Positions 34,501 to 49,500 of a stretch of 64,000 nt of DNA are shown here, in pieces. The position numbers and the translations under genes were made by a program. This stretch comes from Lepidodermella squamata (taxonomy: Eukaryota > Animalia > Gastrotricha), in the NCBI GenBank assembly GCA_047495785.1, contig JBLDXI010000018.1:558001-622000 (forward strand). The letters run 5' to 3'. The notes under the pieces are model-generated. The model had not been told where the DNA came from, made no database searches, and saw nothing but the letters and a program-made list of their open reading frames with translations. Position 1 is the first letter of the stretch. Every line of letters begins with the position of its first letter.

Positions 34501-37500
34501 GTGGCAGCATTGCCAAACACGTTTGCAGCCGATTGGCGCACATATCGGATGACCGATATTTCGCTGCCAGCCAAAACGGCTGATATCGCAGTTTTGGACC
34601 CTTGTGCGTATCACCACGATGCAGAATCGTGCTCCACCGCGGTAAATCAGCCATATTCTGGCATCATTCGAGAGTGGCAGCATTGCCAAACACGTTTGCA
34701 GCCGATTGGCGCACATATCGGATGACCGATATTTCGCTGCCAGCCAAAACGGCTGAAATCGCAGTTTTCGACCCTTGTGCGTATCACCACGATGCAGAAT
34801 CGTGCTCCACCGCGGTAAATCAGACATATTCTGGCATCATTCGATAGTGGCAGCATTGCCAAACACGTTTGCAGCCGATTGGCGCACATTTCGGATGACC
34901 GATATTTCGCTGCCAGCCAAAACGGCTGAAATCGCAGTTTTGGACCATTGTGCGTATCAGCACGATGCAGAATCGTGCTCCACCGCGGTAAATCAGACAT
35001 ATTCTGGCATCATTCGATAGTGGCAGCATTGCCAAACACGTTTGCAGCCGATTGGCGCACATATCGGATGACCGATATTTCGCTGCCAGCCAAAACGGCT
35101 GAAATCGCAGTTTTGGACCCTTGTGCGTATCACCACGATGCAGAAACGTGCTCCACCGCGGTAAATCAGCCATATTCTGGCATCATTCGATAGTGGCAGC
35201 ATTGCCAAACACGTTTGCAGCCGATTGGCGCACATATCGGATGACCGATATTTCGCTGCCAGCCAAAACGGCTGATATCGCAGTTTTGGACACTTGTGCG
35301 TATCACCAAGATGCAGAATCGTGCTCCACCGCGGTAAATCAGCCATATTCTGGCATCATTCGATAGTGGCAGCATTGCCAAACACGTTTGCAGCCGATTG
35401 GCGCACATATCGGATGACCGATTTTTCGCTGCCAGCCAAAACGGCTGATATCGCAGTTTTGGACCCTTGTGCGTATCACCACGATGCAGAATCGTGCTCC
35501 ACCGCGGTAAATCAGCCATATTCTGGCATCATTCGAGAGTGGCAGCATTGCCAAACACGTTTGCAGCCGATTGGCGCACATATCGGATGACCGATATTTC
35601 GCTGCCAGCCAAAACGGCTGAAATCGCAGTTTTCGACCCTTGTGCGTATCACCACGATGCAGAATCGTGCTCCACCGCGGTAAATCAGACATATTCTGGC
35701 ATCATTCGATAGTGGCAGCATTGCCAAACACGTTTGCAGCCGATTGGCGCACATTTCGGATGACCGATATTTCGCTGCCAGCCAAAACGGCTGAAATCGC
35801 AGTTTTGGACCATTGTGCGTATCACCATGATGCAGAATCGTGCTCCACCGCGGTAAATCAGCCATATTCTGGCATCATTCGAGAGTGGCAGCGTTGCCAA
35901 ACACGTTTGCAGCCGATTGGCGCACATTTCGGATGACCGATATTTCGCTGCCAGCCAAAACGGCTGATATCGCAGTTTTCGACCCTTGTGCGTATCACCA
36001 CGATGCAGAATCGTGCTCCACCGCGGTAAATCAGCCATATTCTGGCATCATTCGATAGTGGCAGCATTGCCAAACACGTTTGCAGCCGATTGGCGCACAT
36101 ATCGGATGACCGATATTTCGCTGCCAGCCAAAACGGCTGAAATCGCAGTTTTGGACCATTGTGCGTATCACCATGATGCAGAATCGTGCTCCACCGCGGT
36201 AAATCAGACATATTCTGGCATCATTCGATAGTGGCAGCATTGCCAAACACGTTTGCAGCCGATTGGCGCACATTTCGGATGACCGATATTTCGCTGCCAG
36301 CCAAAACGGCTGATATCGCAGTTTTCGACCCTTGTGCGTATCACCACGATGCAGAATCGTGCTCCACCGCGGTAAATCAGCCATATTCTGGCATCATTCG
36401 ATAGTGGCAGCATTGCCAAACACGTTTGCAGCCGATTGGCGCACATATCGGATGACCGATATTTCGCTGCCAGCCAAAACGGCTGATATCGCAGTTTTGG
36501 ACCCTTGTGCGTATCACCACGATGCAGAATCGTGCTCCACCGCGGTAAATCAGCCATATTCTGGCATCATTCGATAGTGGCAGCATTGCTAAACACGTTT
36601 GCAGCCGATTGGCGCACATTTCGGATGACCGATATTTCGCTGCCAGCCAAAACGGCTGAAATCGCAGTTTTCGACCCTTGTGCGTATCACCACGATGCAG
36701 AATCGTGCTCCACCGCGGTAAATCAGCCATATTCTGGCATCATTCGAGAGTGGCAGCGTTGCCAAACACGTTTGCAGCCGATTGGCGCACATATCGGATG
36801 ACCGATATTTCGCTGCCAGCCAAAACGCCTGAAATCGCAGTTTTGGACCCTTGTGCGTATCACCATGATGCAGAATCGTGCTCCACCGCGGTAAATCAGC
36901 CATATTCTGGCATCATTCGATAGTGGCAGCATTGCCAAACACGTTTGCAGCCGATTGGCGCACATATCGGATGACCGATATTTCGCTGCCAGCCAAAACG
37001 GCTGAAATGGCCGTTTTAGACCATTGTGCGTATCACCACGATGCAGAATCGTGCTCCACCGCGGTAAATCAGACATATTCTGGCATCATTCGATAGTGGC
37101 AGCATTGCCAAACACGTTTGCAGCCGATTGGCGCACATATCGGATGACCGATATTTCGCTGCCAGCCAAAACGGCTGAAATCGCAGTTTTCGACCCTTGT
37201 GCGTATCACCACGATGCAGAATCGTGCTCCACCGCGGTAAATCAGCCATATTCTGGCATCATTCGAGAGTGGCAGCATTGCCAAACACGTTTGCAGCCGA
37301 TTGGCGCACATATCGGATGACCGATATTTCGCTGCCAGCCAAAACGCCTGAAATCGCAGTTTTGGACCCTTGTGCGTATCACCACGATGCAGAAACGTGC
37401 TCCACCGCGGTAAATCAGCCATATTCTGGCATCATTCGATAGTGGCAGCATTGCCAAACACGTTTGCAGCCGATTGGCGCACATATCGGATGACCGATAT

Positions 37501-40500
37501 TTCGCTGCCAGCCAAAACGGCTGAAATGGCCGTTTTAGACCATTGTGCGTATCACCACGATGCAGAATCGTGCTCCACCGCGGTAAATCAGACATATTCT
37601 GGCATCATTCGATAGTGGCAGCATTGCCAAACACGTTTGCAGCCGATTGGCGCACATTTCGGATGACCGATATTTCGCTGCCAGCCAAAACGGCTGAAAT
37701 CGCAGTTTTGGACCATTGTGCGTATCACCATGATGCAGAATCGTGCTCCACCGCGGTAAATCAGCCATATTCTGGCATCATTCGAGAGTGGCAGCGTTGC
37801 CAAACACGTTTGCAGCCGATTGGCGCACATTTCGGATGACCGATATTTCGCTGCCAGCCAAAACGGCTGATATCGCAGTTTTGGACCCTTGTGCGTGTCA
37901 CCACGATGCAGAATCGTGCTCCACCGCGGTAAATCAGCCATATTCTGGCATCATTCGAGAGTGGCAGCATTGCCAAACACGTTTGCAGCCGATTGGCGCA
38001 CATATCGGATGACCGATATTTCGCTGCCAGCCAAAACGGCTGATATCGCAGTTTTCGACCCTTGTGCGTATCACCACGATGCAGAATCGTGCTCCACCGC
38101 GGTAAATCAGCCATATTCTGGCATCATTCGAGAGTGGCAGCGTTGCCAAACACGTTTGCAGCCGATTGGCGCACATTTCGGATGACCGATATTTCGCTGC
38201 CAGCCCAAACGCCTGAAATCGCAGTTTTGGACCCTTGTGCGTATCACCACGATGCAGAATCGTGCTCCACCGCGGTAAATCAGACATATTCTGGCATCAT
38301 TCGATAGTGGCAGCATTGCCAAACACGTTTGCAGCCGATTGGCGCACATTTCGGATGACCGATATTTCGCTGCCAGCCAAAACGGCTGATATCGCAGTTT
38401 TGGACCCTTGTGCGTATCACCACGATGCAGAATCGTGCTCCACCGCGGTAAATCAGACATATTCTGGCATCATTCAATAGTGGCAGCATTGCCAAACACG
38501 TTTGCAGCCGATTGGCGCACATTTCGGATGACCGATATTTCGCTGCCAGCCAAAACGGCTGATATCGCAGTTTTGGACCCTTGTGCGTATCACCACGATG
38601 CAGAATCGTGCTCCACCGCGGTAAATCAGCCATATTCTGGCATCATTCGAGAGTGGCAGCGTTGCCAAACACGTTTGCAGCCGATTGGCGCACATATCGG
38701 ATGACCGATATTTCGCTGCCAGCCAAAACGCCTGAAATCGCAGTTTTGGACCCTTGTGCGTATCACCATGATGCAGAATCGTGCTCCACCGCGGTAAATC
38801 AGCCATATTCTGGCATCATTCGATAGTGGCAGCATTGCCAAACACGTTTGCAGCCGATTGGCGCACATATCGGATGACCGATATTTCGCTGCCAGCCAAA
38901 ACGGCTGAAATGGCCGTTTTAGACCATTGTGCGTATCACCACGATGCAGAATCGTGCTCCACCGCGGTAAATCAGACATATTCTGGCATCATTCGATAGT
39001 GGCAGCATTGCCAAACACGTTTGCAGCCGATTGGCGCACATATCGGATGACCGATATTTCGCTGCCAGCCAAAACGGCTGAAATCGCAGTTTTCGACCCT
39101 TGTGCGTATCACCACGATGCAGAATCGTGCTCCACCGCGGTAAATCAGCCATATTCTGGCATCATTCGAGAGTGGCAGCATTGCCAAACACGTTTGCAGC
39201 CGATTGGCGCACATATCGGATGACCGATATTTCGCTGCCAGCCAAAACGCCTGAAATCGCAGTTTTGGACCCTTGTGCGTATCACCACGATGCAGAAACG
39301 TGCTCCACCGCGGTAAATCAGCCATATTCTGGCATCATTCGATAGTGGCAGCATTGCCAAACACGTTTGCAGCCGATTGGCGCACATATCGGATGACCGA
39401 TATTTCGCTGCCAGCCAAAACGGCTGAAATGGCCGTTTTAGACCATTGTGCGTATCACCACGATGCAGAATCGTGCTCCACCGCGGTAAATCAGACATAT
39501 TCTGGCATCATTCGATAGTGGCAGCATTGCCAAACACGTTTGCAGCCGATTGGCGCACATTTCGGATGACCGATATTTCGCTGCCAGCCAAAACGGCTGA
39601 AATCGCAGTTTTGGACCATTGTGCGTATCACCATGATGCAGAATCGTGCTCCACCGCGGTAAATCAGCCATATTCTGGCATCATTCGAGAGTGGCAGCGT
39701 TGCCAAACACGTTTGCAGCCGATTGGCGCACATTTCGGATGACCGATATTTCGCTGCCAGCCAAAACGGCTGATATCGCAGTTTTGGACCCTTGTGCGTG
39801 TCACCACGATGCAGAATCGTGCTCCACCGCGGTAAATCAGCCATATTCTGGCATCATTCGAGAGTGGCAGCATTGCCAAACACGTTTGCAGCCGATTGGC
39901 GCACATATCGGATGACCGATATTTCGCTGCCAGCCAAAACGGCTGATATCGCAGTTTTGGACCCTTGTGCGTATCACCACGATGCAGAATCGTGCTCCAC
40001 CGCGGTAAATCAGCCATATTCTGGCATCATTCGAGAGTGGCAGCGTTGCCAAACACGTTTGCAGCCGATTGGCGCACATTTCGGATGACCGATATTTCGC
40101 TGCCAGCCCAAACGCCTGAAATCGCAGTTTTGGACCCTTGTGCGTATCACCACGATGCAGAATCGTGCTCCACCGCGGTAAATCAGACATATTCTGGCAT
40201 CATTCGATAGTGGCAGCATTGCCAAACACGTTTGCAGCCGATTGGCGCACATTTCGGATGACCGATATTTCGCTGCCAGCCAAAACGGCTGATATCGCAG
40301 TTTTGGACCCTTGTGCGTATCACCACGATGCAGAATCGTGCTCCACCGCGGTAAATCAGACATATTCTGGCATCATTCGATAGTGGCAGCATTGCCAAAC
40401 ACGTTTGCAGCCGATTGGCGCACATTTCGGATGACCGATATTTCGCTGCCAGCCAAAACGGCTGATATCGCAGTTTTGGACCCTTGTGCGTATCACCACG

Positions 40501-43500
40501 ATGCAGAATCGTGCTCCACCGCGGTAAATCAGCCATATTCTGGCATCATTCGAGAGTGGCAGCGTTGCCAAACACGTTTGCAGCCGATTGGCGCACATAT
40601 CGGATGACCGATATTTCGCTGCCAGCCAAAACGGCTGATATCGCAGTTTTGGACCCTTGTGCGTATCACCACGATGCAGAATCGTGCTCCACCGCGGTAA
40701 ATCAGCCATATTCTGGCATCATTCGATAGTGGCAGCATTGCCAAACACGTTTGCAGCCGATTGGCGCACATTTCGGATGACCGATATTTCGCTGCCAGCC
40801 AAAACGGCTGATATCGCAGTTTTCGACCCTTGTGCGTATCACCACGATGCAGAATCGTGCTCCACCGCGGTAAATCAGCCATATTCTGGCATCATTCGAG
40901 AGTGGCAGCATTGCCAAACACGTTTGCAGCCGATTGGCGCACATATCGGATGACCGATATTTCGCTGCCAGCCAAAACGGCTGAAATCGCAGTTTTCGAC
41001 CCTTGTGCGTATCACCACGATGCAGAATCGTGCTCCACCGCGGTAAATCAGCCATATTCTGGCATCATTCGAGAGTGGCAGCATTGCCAAACACGTTTGC
41101 AGCCGATTGGCGCACATTTCGGATGACCGATATTTCGCTGCCAGCCAAAACGGCTGAAATCGCAGTTTTGGACCCTTGTGCGTATCACCACGATGCAGAA
41201 TCGTGCTCCACCGCGGTAAATCAGACATATTCTGGCATCATTCGATAGTGGCAGCATTGCCAAACACGTTTGCAGCCGATTGGCGCACATTTCGGATGAC
41301 CGATATTTCGCTGCCAGCCAAAACGGCTGATATCGCAGTTTTGGACCCTTGTGCGTATCACCACGATGCAGAATCGTGCTCCACCGCGGTAAATCAGCCA
41401 TATTCTGGCATCATTCGAGAGTGGCAGCGTTGCCAAACACGTTTGCAGCCGATTGGCGCACATATCGGATGACCGATATTTCGCTGCCAGCCAAAACGGC
41501 TGATATCGCAGTTTTGGACCCTTGTGCGTATCACCACGATGCAGAATCGTGCTCCACCGCGGTAAATCAGCCATATTCTGGCATCATTCGATAGTGGCAG
41601 CATTGCCAAACACGTTTGCAGCCGATTGGCGCACATTTCGGATGACCGATATTTCGCTGCCAGCCAAAACGGCTGATATCGCAGTTTTCGACCCTTGTGC
41701 GTATCACCACGATGCAGAATCGTGCTCCACCGCGGTAAATCAGCCATATTCTGGCATCATTCGAGAGTGGCAGCATTGCCAAACACGTTTGCAGCCGATT
41801 GGCGCACATATCGGATGACCGATATTTCGCTGCCAGCCAAAACGGCTGAAATCGCAGTTTTCGACCCTTGTGCGTATCACCACGATGCAGAATCGTGCTC
41901 CACCGCGGTAAATCAGCCATATTCTGGCATCATTCGAGAGTGGCAGCATTGCCAAACACGTTTGCAGCCGATTGGCGCACATTTCGGATGACCGATATTT
42001 CGCTGCCAGCCAAAACGGCTGATATCGCAGTTTTCGACCCTTGTGCGTATCACCACGATGCAGAATCGTGCTCCACCGCGGTAAATCAGCCATATTCTGG
42101 CATCATTCGATAGTGGCAGCATTGCCAAACACGTTTGCAGCCGATTGGCGCACATATCGGATGACCGATATTTCGCTGCCAGCCAAAACGGCTGATATCG
42201 CAGTTTTGGACCCTTGTGCGTATCACCACGATGCAGAATCGTGCTCCACCGCGGTAAATCAGCCATATTCTGGCATCATTCGATAGTGGCAGCATTGCTA
42301 AACACGTTTGCAGCCGATTGGCGCACATTTCGGATGACCGATATTTCGCTGCCAGCCAAAACGGCTGAAATCGCAGTTTTCGACCCTTGTGCGTATCACC
42401 ACGATGCAGAATCGTGCTCCACCGCGGTAAATCAGCCATATTCTGGCATCATTCGAGAGTGGCAGCGTTGCCAAACACGTTTGCAGCCGATTGGCGCACA
42501 TATCGGATGACCGATATTTCGCTGCCAGCCAAAACGCCTGAAATCGCAGTTTTGGACCCTTGTGCGTATCACCATGATGCAGAATCGTGCTCCACCGCGG
42601 TAAATCAGCCATATTCTGGCATCATTCGATAGTGGCAGCATTGCCAAACACGTTTGCAGCCGATTGGCGCACATATCGGATGACCGATATTTCGCTGCCA
42701 GCCAAAACGGCTGAAATGGCCGTTTTAGACCATTGTGCGTATCACCACGATGCAGAATCGTGCTCCACCGCGGTAAATCAGACATATTCTGGCATCATTC
42801 GATAGTGGCAGCATTGCCAAACACGTTTGCAGCCGATTGGCGCACATATCGGATGACCGATATTTCGCTGCCAGCCAAAACGGCTGAAATCGCCGTTTTA
42901 GACCATTGTGCGTATCACCACGATGCAGAATCGTGCTCCACCGCGGTAAATCAGCCATATTCTGGCATCATTCGAGAGTGGCAGCATTGCCAAACACGTT
43001 TGCAGCCGATTGGCGCACATATTGGATGACCGATATTTCGCTGCCAGCCAAAACGGCTGAAATCGCAGTTTTCGACCCTTGTGCGTATCACCACGATGCA
43101 GAATCGTGCTCCACCGCGGTAAATCAGCCATATTCTGGCATCATTCGAGAGTGGCAGCATTGCCAAACACGTTTGCAGCCGATTGGCGCACATATCGGAT
43201 GACCGATATTTCGCTGCCAGCCAAAACGCCTGAAATCGCAGTTTTGGACCCTTGTGCGTATCACCACGATGCAGAAACGTGCTCCACCGCGGTAAATCAG
43301 CCATATTCTGGCATCATTCGATAGTGGCAGCATTGCCAAACACGTTTGCAGCCGATTGGCGCACATATCGGATGACCGATATTTCGCTGCCAGCCAAAAC
43401 GGCTGAAATGGCCGTTTTAGACCATTGTGCGTATCACCACGATGCAGAATCGTGCTCCACCGCGGTAAATCAGACATATTCTGGCATCATTCGATAGTGG

Positions 43501-46500
43501 CAGCATTGCCAAACACGTTTGCAGCCGATTGGCGCACATTTCGGATGACCGATATTTCGCTGCCAGCCAAAACGGCTGAAATCGCAGTTTTGGACCATTG
43601 TGCGTATCACCATGATGCAGAATCGTGCTCCACCGCGGTAAATCAGCCATATTCTGGCATCATTCGAGAGTGGCAGCGTTGCCAAACACGTTTGCAGCCG
43701 ATTGGCGCACATTTCGGATGACCGATATTTCGCTGCCAGCCAAAACGGCTGATATCGCAGTTTTGGACCCTTGTGCGTGTCACCACGATGCAGAATCGTG
43801 CTCCACCGCGGTAAATCAGCCATATTCTGGCATCATTCGAGAGTGGCAGCATTGCCAAACACGTTTGCAGCCGATTGGCGCACATATCGGATGACCGATA
43901 TTTCGCTGCCAGCCAAAACGGCTGATATCGCAGTTTTGGACCCTTGTGCGTATCACCACGATGCAGAATCGTGCTCCACCGCGGTAAATCAGCCATATTC
44001 TGGCATCATTCGAGAGTGGCAGCGTTGCCAAACACGTTTGCAGCCGATTGGCGCACATTTCGGATGACCGATATTTCGCTGCCAGCCCAAACGCCTGAAA
44101 TCGCAGTTTTGGACCCTTGTGCGTATCACCACGATGCAGAATCGTGCTCCACCGCGGTAAATCAGACATATTCTGGCATCATTCGATAGTGGCAGCATTG
44201 CCAAACACGTTTGCAGCCGATTGGCGCACATTTCGGATGACCGATATTTCGCTGCCAGCCAAAACGGCTGATATCGCAGTTTTGGACCCTTGTGCGTATC
44301 ACCACGATGCAGAATCGTGCTCCACCGCGGTAAATCAGACATATTCTGGCATCATTCGATAGTGGCAGCATTGCCAAACACGTTTGCAGCCGATTGGCGC
44401 ACATTTCGGATGACCGATATTTCGCTGCCAGCCAAAACGGCTGATATCGCAGTTTTGGACCCTTGTGCGTATCACCACGATGCAGAATCGTGCTCCACCG
44501 CGGTAAATCAGCCATATTCTGGCATCATTCGAGAGTGGCAGCGTTGCCAAACACGTTTGCAGCCGATTGGCGCACATATCGGATGACCGATATTTCGCTG
44601 CCAGCCAAAACGGCTGATATCGCAGTTTTGGACCCTTGTGCGTATCACCACGATGCAGAATCGTGCTCCACCGCGGTAAATCAGCCATATTCTGGCATCA
44701 TTCGATAGTGGCAGCATTGCCAAACACGTTTGCAGCCGATTGGCGCACATTTCGGATGACCGATATTTCGCTGCCAGCCAAAACGGCTGATATCGCAGTT
44801 TTCGACCCTTGTGCGTATCACCACGATGCAGAATCGTGCTCCACCGCGGTAAATCAGCCATATTCTGGCATCATTCGAGAGTGGCAGCATTGCCAAACAC
44901 GTTTGCAGCCGATTGGCGCACATATCGGATGACCGATATTTCGCTGCCAGCCAAAACGCCTGAAATCGCAGTTTTGGACCCTTGTGCGTATCACCACGAT
45001 GCAGAAACGTGCTCCACCGCGGTAAATCAGCCATATTCTGGCATCATTCGATAGTGGCAGCATTGCCAAACACGTTTGCAGCCGATTGGCGCACATATCG
45101 GATGACCGATATTTCGCTGCCAGCCAAAACGGCTGAAATGGCCGTTTTAGACCATTGTGCGTATCACCACGATGCAGAATCGTGCTCCACCGCGGTAAAT
45201 CAGCCATATTCTGGCATCATTCGAGAGTGGCAGCGTTGCCAAACACGTTTGCAGCCGATTGGCGCACATTTCGGATGACCGATATTTCGCTGCCAGCCCA
45301 AACGCCTGAAATCGCAGTTTTGGACCCTTGTGCGTATCACCACGATGCAGAATCGTGCTCCACCGCGGTAAATCAGACATATTCTGGCATCATTCGATAG
45401 TGGCAGCATTGCCAAACACGTTTGCAGCCGATTGGCGCACATTTCGGATGACCGATATTTCGCTGCCAGCCAAAACGGCTGATATCGCAGTTTTGGACCC
45501 TTGTGCGTATCACCACGATGCAGAATCGTGCTCCACCGCGGTAAATCAGACATATTCTGGCATCATTCGATAGTGGCAGCATTGCCAAACACGTTTGCAG
45601 CCGATTGGCGCACATTTCGGATGACCGATATTTCGCTGCCAGCCAAAACGGCTGATATCGCAGTTTTGGACCCTTGTGCGTATCACCACGATGCAGAATC
45701 GTGCTCCACCGCGGTAAATCAGACATATTCTGGCATCATTCGATAGTGGCAGCATTGCCAAACACGTTTGCAGCCGATTGGCGCACATTTCGGATGACCG
45801 ATATTTCGCTGCCAGCCAAAACGGCTGATATCGCAGTTTTGGACCCTTGTGCGTATCACCACGATGCAGAATCGTGCTCCACCGCGGTAAATCAGCCATA
45901 TTCTGGCATCATTCGAGAGTGGCAGCGTTGCCAAACACGTTTGCAGCCGATTGGCGCACATATCGGATGACCGATATTTCGCTGCCAGCCAAAACGGCTG
46001 ATATCGCAGTTTTGGACCCTTGTGCGTATCACCACGATGCAGAATCGTGCTCCACCGCGGTAAATCAGCCATATTCTGGCATCATTCGATAGTGGCAGCA
46101 TTGCCAAACACGTTTGCAGCCGATTGGCGCACATATCGGATGACCGATATTTCGCTGCCAGCCAAAACGCCTGAAATCGCAGTTTTGGACCCTTGTGCGT
46201 ATCACCACGATGCAGAAACGTGCTCCACCGCGGTAAATCAGCCATATTCTGGCATCATTCGATAGTGGCAGCATTGCCAAACACGTTTGCAGCCGATTGG
46301 CGCACATATCGGATGACCGATATTTCGCTGCCAGCCAAAACGGCTGAAATGGCCGTTTTAGACCATTGTGCGTATCACCACGATGCAGAATCGTGCTCCA
46401 CCGCGGTAAATCAGCCATATTCTGGCATCATTCGAGAGTGGCAGCGTTGCCAAACACGTTTGCAGCCGATTGGCGCACATTTCGGATGACCGATATTTCG

Positions 46501-49500
46501 CTGCCAGCCCAAACGCCTGAAATCGCAGTTTTGGACCCTTGTGCGTATCACCACGATGCAGAATCGTGCTCCACCGCGGTAAATCAGACATATTCTGGCA
46601 TCATTCGATAGTGGCAGCATTGCCAAACACGTTTGCAGCCGATTGGCGCACATTTCGGATGACCGATATTTCGCTGCCAGCCAAAACGGCTGATATCGCA
46701 GTTTTGGACCCTTGTGCGTATCACCACGATGCAGAATCGTGCTCCACCGCGGTAAATCAGACATATTCTGGCATCATTCGATAGTGGCAGCATTGCCAAA
46801 CACGTTTGCAGCCGATTGGCGCACATTTCGGATGACCGATATTTCGCTGCCAGCCAAAACGGCTGATATCGCAGTTTTGGACCCTTGTGCGTATCACCAC
46901 GATGCAGAATCGTGCTCCACCGCGGTAAATCAGACATATTCTGGCATCATTCGATAGTGGCAGCATTGCCAAACACGTTTGCAGCCGATTGGCGCACATT
47001 TCGGATGACCGATATTTCGCTGCCAGCCAAAACGGCTGATATCGCAGTTTTGGACCCTTGTGCGTATCACCACGATGCAGAATCGTGCTCCACCGCGGTA
47101 AATCAGCCATATTCTGGCATCATTCGAGAGTGGCAGCGTTGCCAAACACGTTTGCAGCCGATTGGCGCACATATCGGATGACCGATATTTCGCTGCCAGC
47201 CAAAACGGCTGATATCGCAGTTTTGGACCCTTGTGCGTATCACCACGATGCAGAATCGTGCTCCACCGCGGTAAATCAGCCATATTCTGGCATCATTCGA
47301 TAGTGGCAGCATTGCCAAACACGTTTGCAGCCGATTGGCGCACATTTCGGATGACCGATATTTCGCTGCCAGCCAAAACGGCTGATATCGCAGTTTTCGA
47401 CCCTTGTGCGTATCACCACGATGCAGAATCGTGCTCCACCGCGGTAAATCAGCCATATTCTGGCATCATTCGAGAGTGGCAGCATTGCCAAACACGTTTG
47501 CAGCCGATTGGCGCACATATCGGATGACCGATATTTCGCTGCCAGCCAAAACGCCTGAAATCGCAGTTTTGGACCCTTGTGCGTATCACCACGATGCAGA
47601 AACGTGCTCCACCGCGGTAAATCAGCCATATTCTGGCATCATTCGATAGTGGCAGCATTGCCAAACACGTTTGCAGCCGATTGGCGCACATATCGGATGA
47701 CCGATATTTCGCTGCCAGCCAAAACGGCTGAAATGGCCGTTTTAGACCATTGTGCGTATCACCACGATGCAGAATCGTGCTCCACCGCGGTAAATCAGCC
47801 ATATTCTGGCATCATTCGAGAGTGGCAGCGTTGCCAAACACGTTTGCAGCCGATTGGCGCACATTTCGGATGACCGATATTTCGCTGCCAGCCCAAACGC
47901 CTGAAATCGCAGTTTTGGACCCTTGTGCGTATCACCACGATGCAGAATCGTGCTCCACCGCGGTAAATCAGACATATTCTGGCATCATTCGATAGTGGCA
48001 GCATTGCCAAACACGTTTGCAGCCGATTGGCGCACATTTCGGATGACCGATATTTCGCTGCCAGCCAAAACGGCTGATATCGCAGTTTTGGACCCTTGTG
48101 CGTATCACCACGATGCAGAATCGTGCTCCACCGCGGTAAATCAGACATATTCTGGCATCATTCGATAGTGGCAGCATTGCCAAACACGTTTGCAGCCGAT
48201 TGGCGCACATTTCGGATGACCGATATTTCGCTGCCAGCCAAAACGGCTGATATCGCAGTTTTGGACCCTTGTGCGTATCACCACGATGCAGAATCGTGCT
48301 CCACCGCGGTAAATCAGCCATATTCTGGCATCATTCGAGAGTGGCAGCGTTGCCAAACACGTTTGCAGCCGATTGGCGCACATATCGGATGACCGATATT
48401 TCGCTGCCAGCCAAAACGGCTGATATCGCAGTTTTGGACCCTTGTGCGTATCACCACGATGCAGAATCGTGCTCCACCGCGGTAAATCAGCCATATTCTG
48501 GCATCATTCGATAGTGGCAGCATTGCCAAACACGTTTGCAGCCGATTGGCGCACATTTCGGATGACCGATATTTCGCTGCCAGCCAAAACGGCTGATATC
48601 GCAGTTTTCGACCCTTGTGCGTATCACCACGATGCAGAATCGTGCTCCACCGCGGTAAATCAGCCATATTCTGGCATCATTCGAGAGTGGCAGCATTGCC
48701 AAACACGTTTGCAGCCGATTGGCGCACATATCGGATGACCGATATTTCGCTGCCAGCCAAAACGCCTGAAATCGCAGTTTTGGACCCTTGTGCGTATCAC
48801 CACGATGCAGAAACGTGCTCCACCGCGGTAAATCAGCCATATTCTGGCATCATTCGATAGTGGCAGCATTGCCAAACACGTTTGCAGCCGATTGGCGCAC
48901 ATATCGGATGACCGATATTTCGCTGCCAGCCAAAACGGCTGAAATGGCCGTTTTAGACCATTGTGCGTATCACCACGATGCAGAATCGTGCTCCACCGCG
49001 GTAAATCAGACATATTCTGGCATCATTCGATAGTGGCAGCATTGCCAAACACGTTTGCAGCCGATTGGCGCACATTTCGGATGACCGATATTTCGCTGCC
49101 AGCCAAAACGGCTGAAATCGCAGTTTTGGACCATTGTGCGTATCACCATGATGCAGAATCGTGCTCCACCGCGGTAAATCAGCCATATTCTGGCATCATT
49201 CGAGAGTGGCAGCGTTGCCAAACACGTTTGCAGCCGATTGGCGCACATTTCGGATGACCGATATTTCGCTGCCAGCCAAAACGGCTGATATCGCAGTTTT
49301 GGACCCTTGTGCGTGTCACCACGATGCAGAATCGTGCTCCACCGCGGTAAATCAGCCATATTCTGGCATCATTCGAGAGTGGCAGCATTGCCAAACACGT
49401 TTGCAGCCGATTGGCGCACATATCGGATGACCGATATTTCGCTGCCAGCCAAAACGGCTGATATCGCAGTTTTGGACCCTTGTGCGTATCACCACGATGC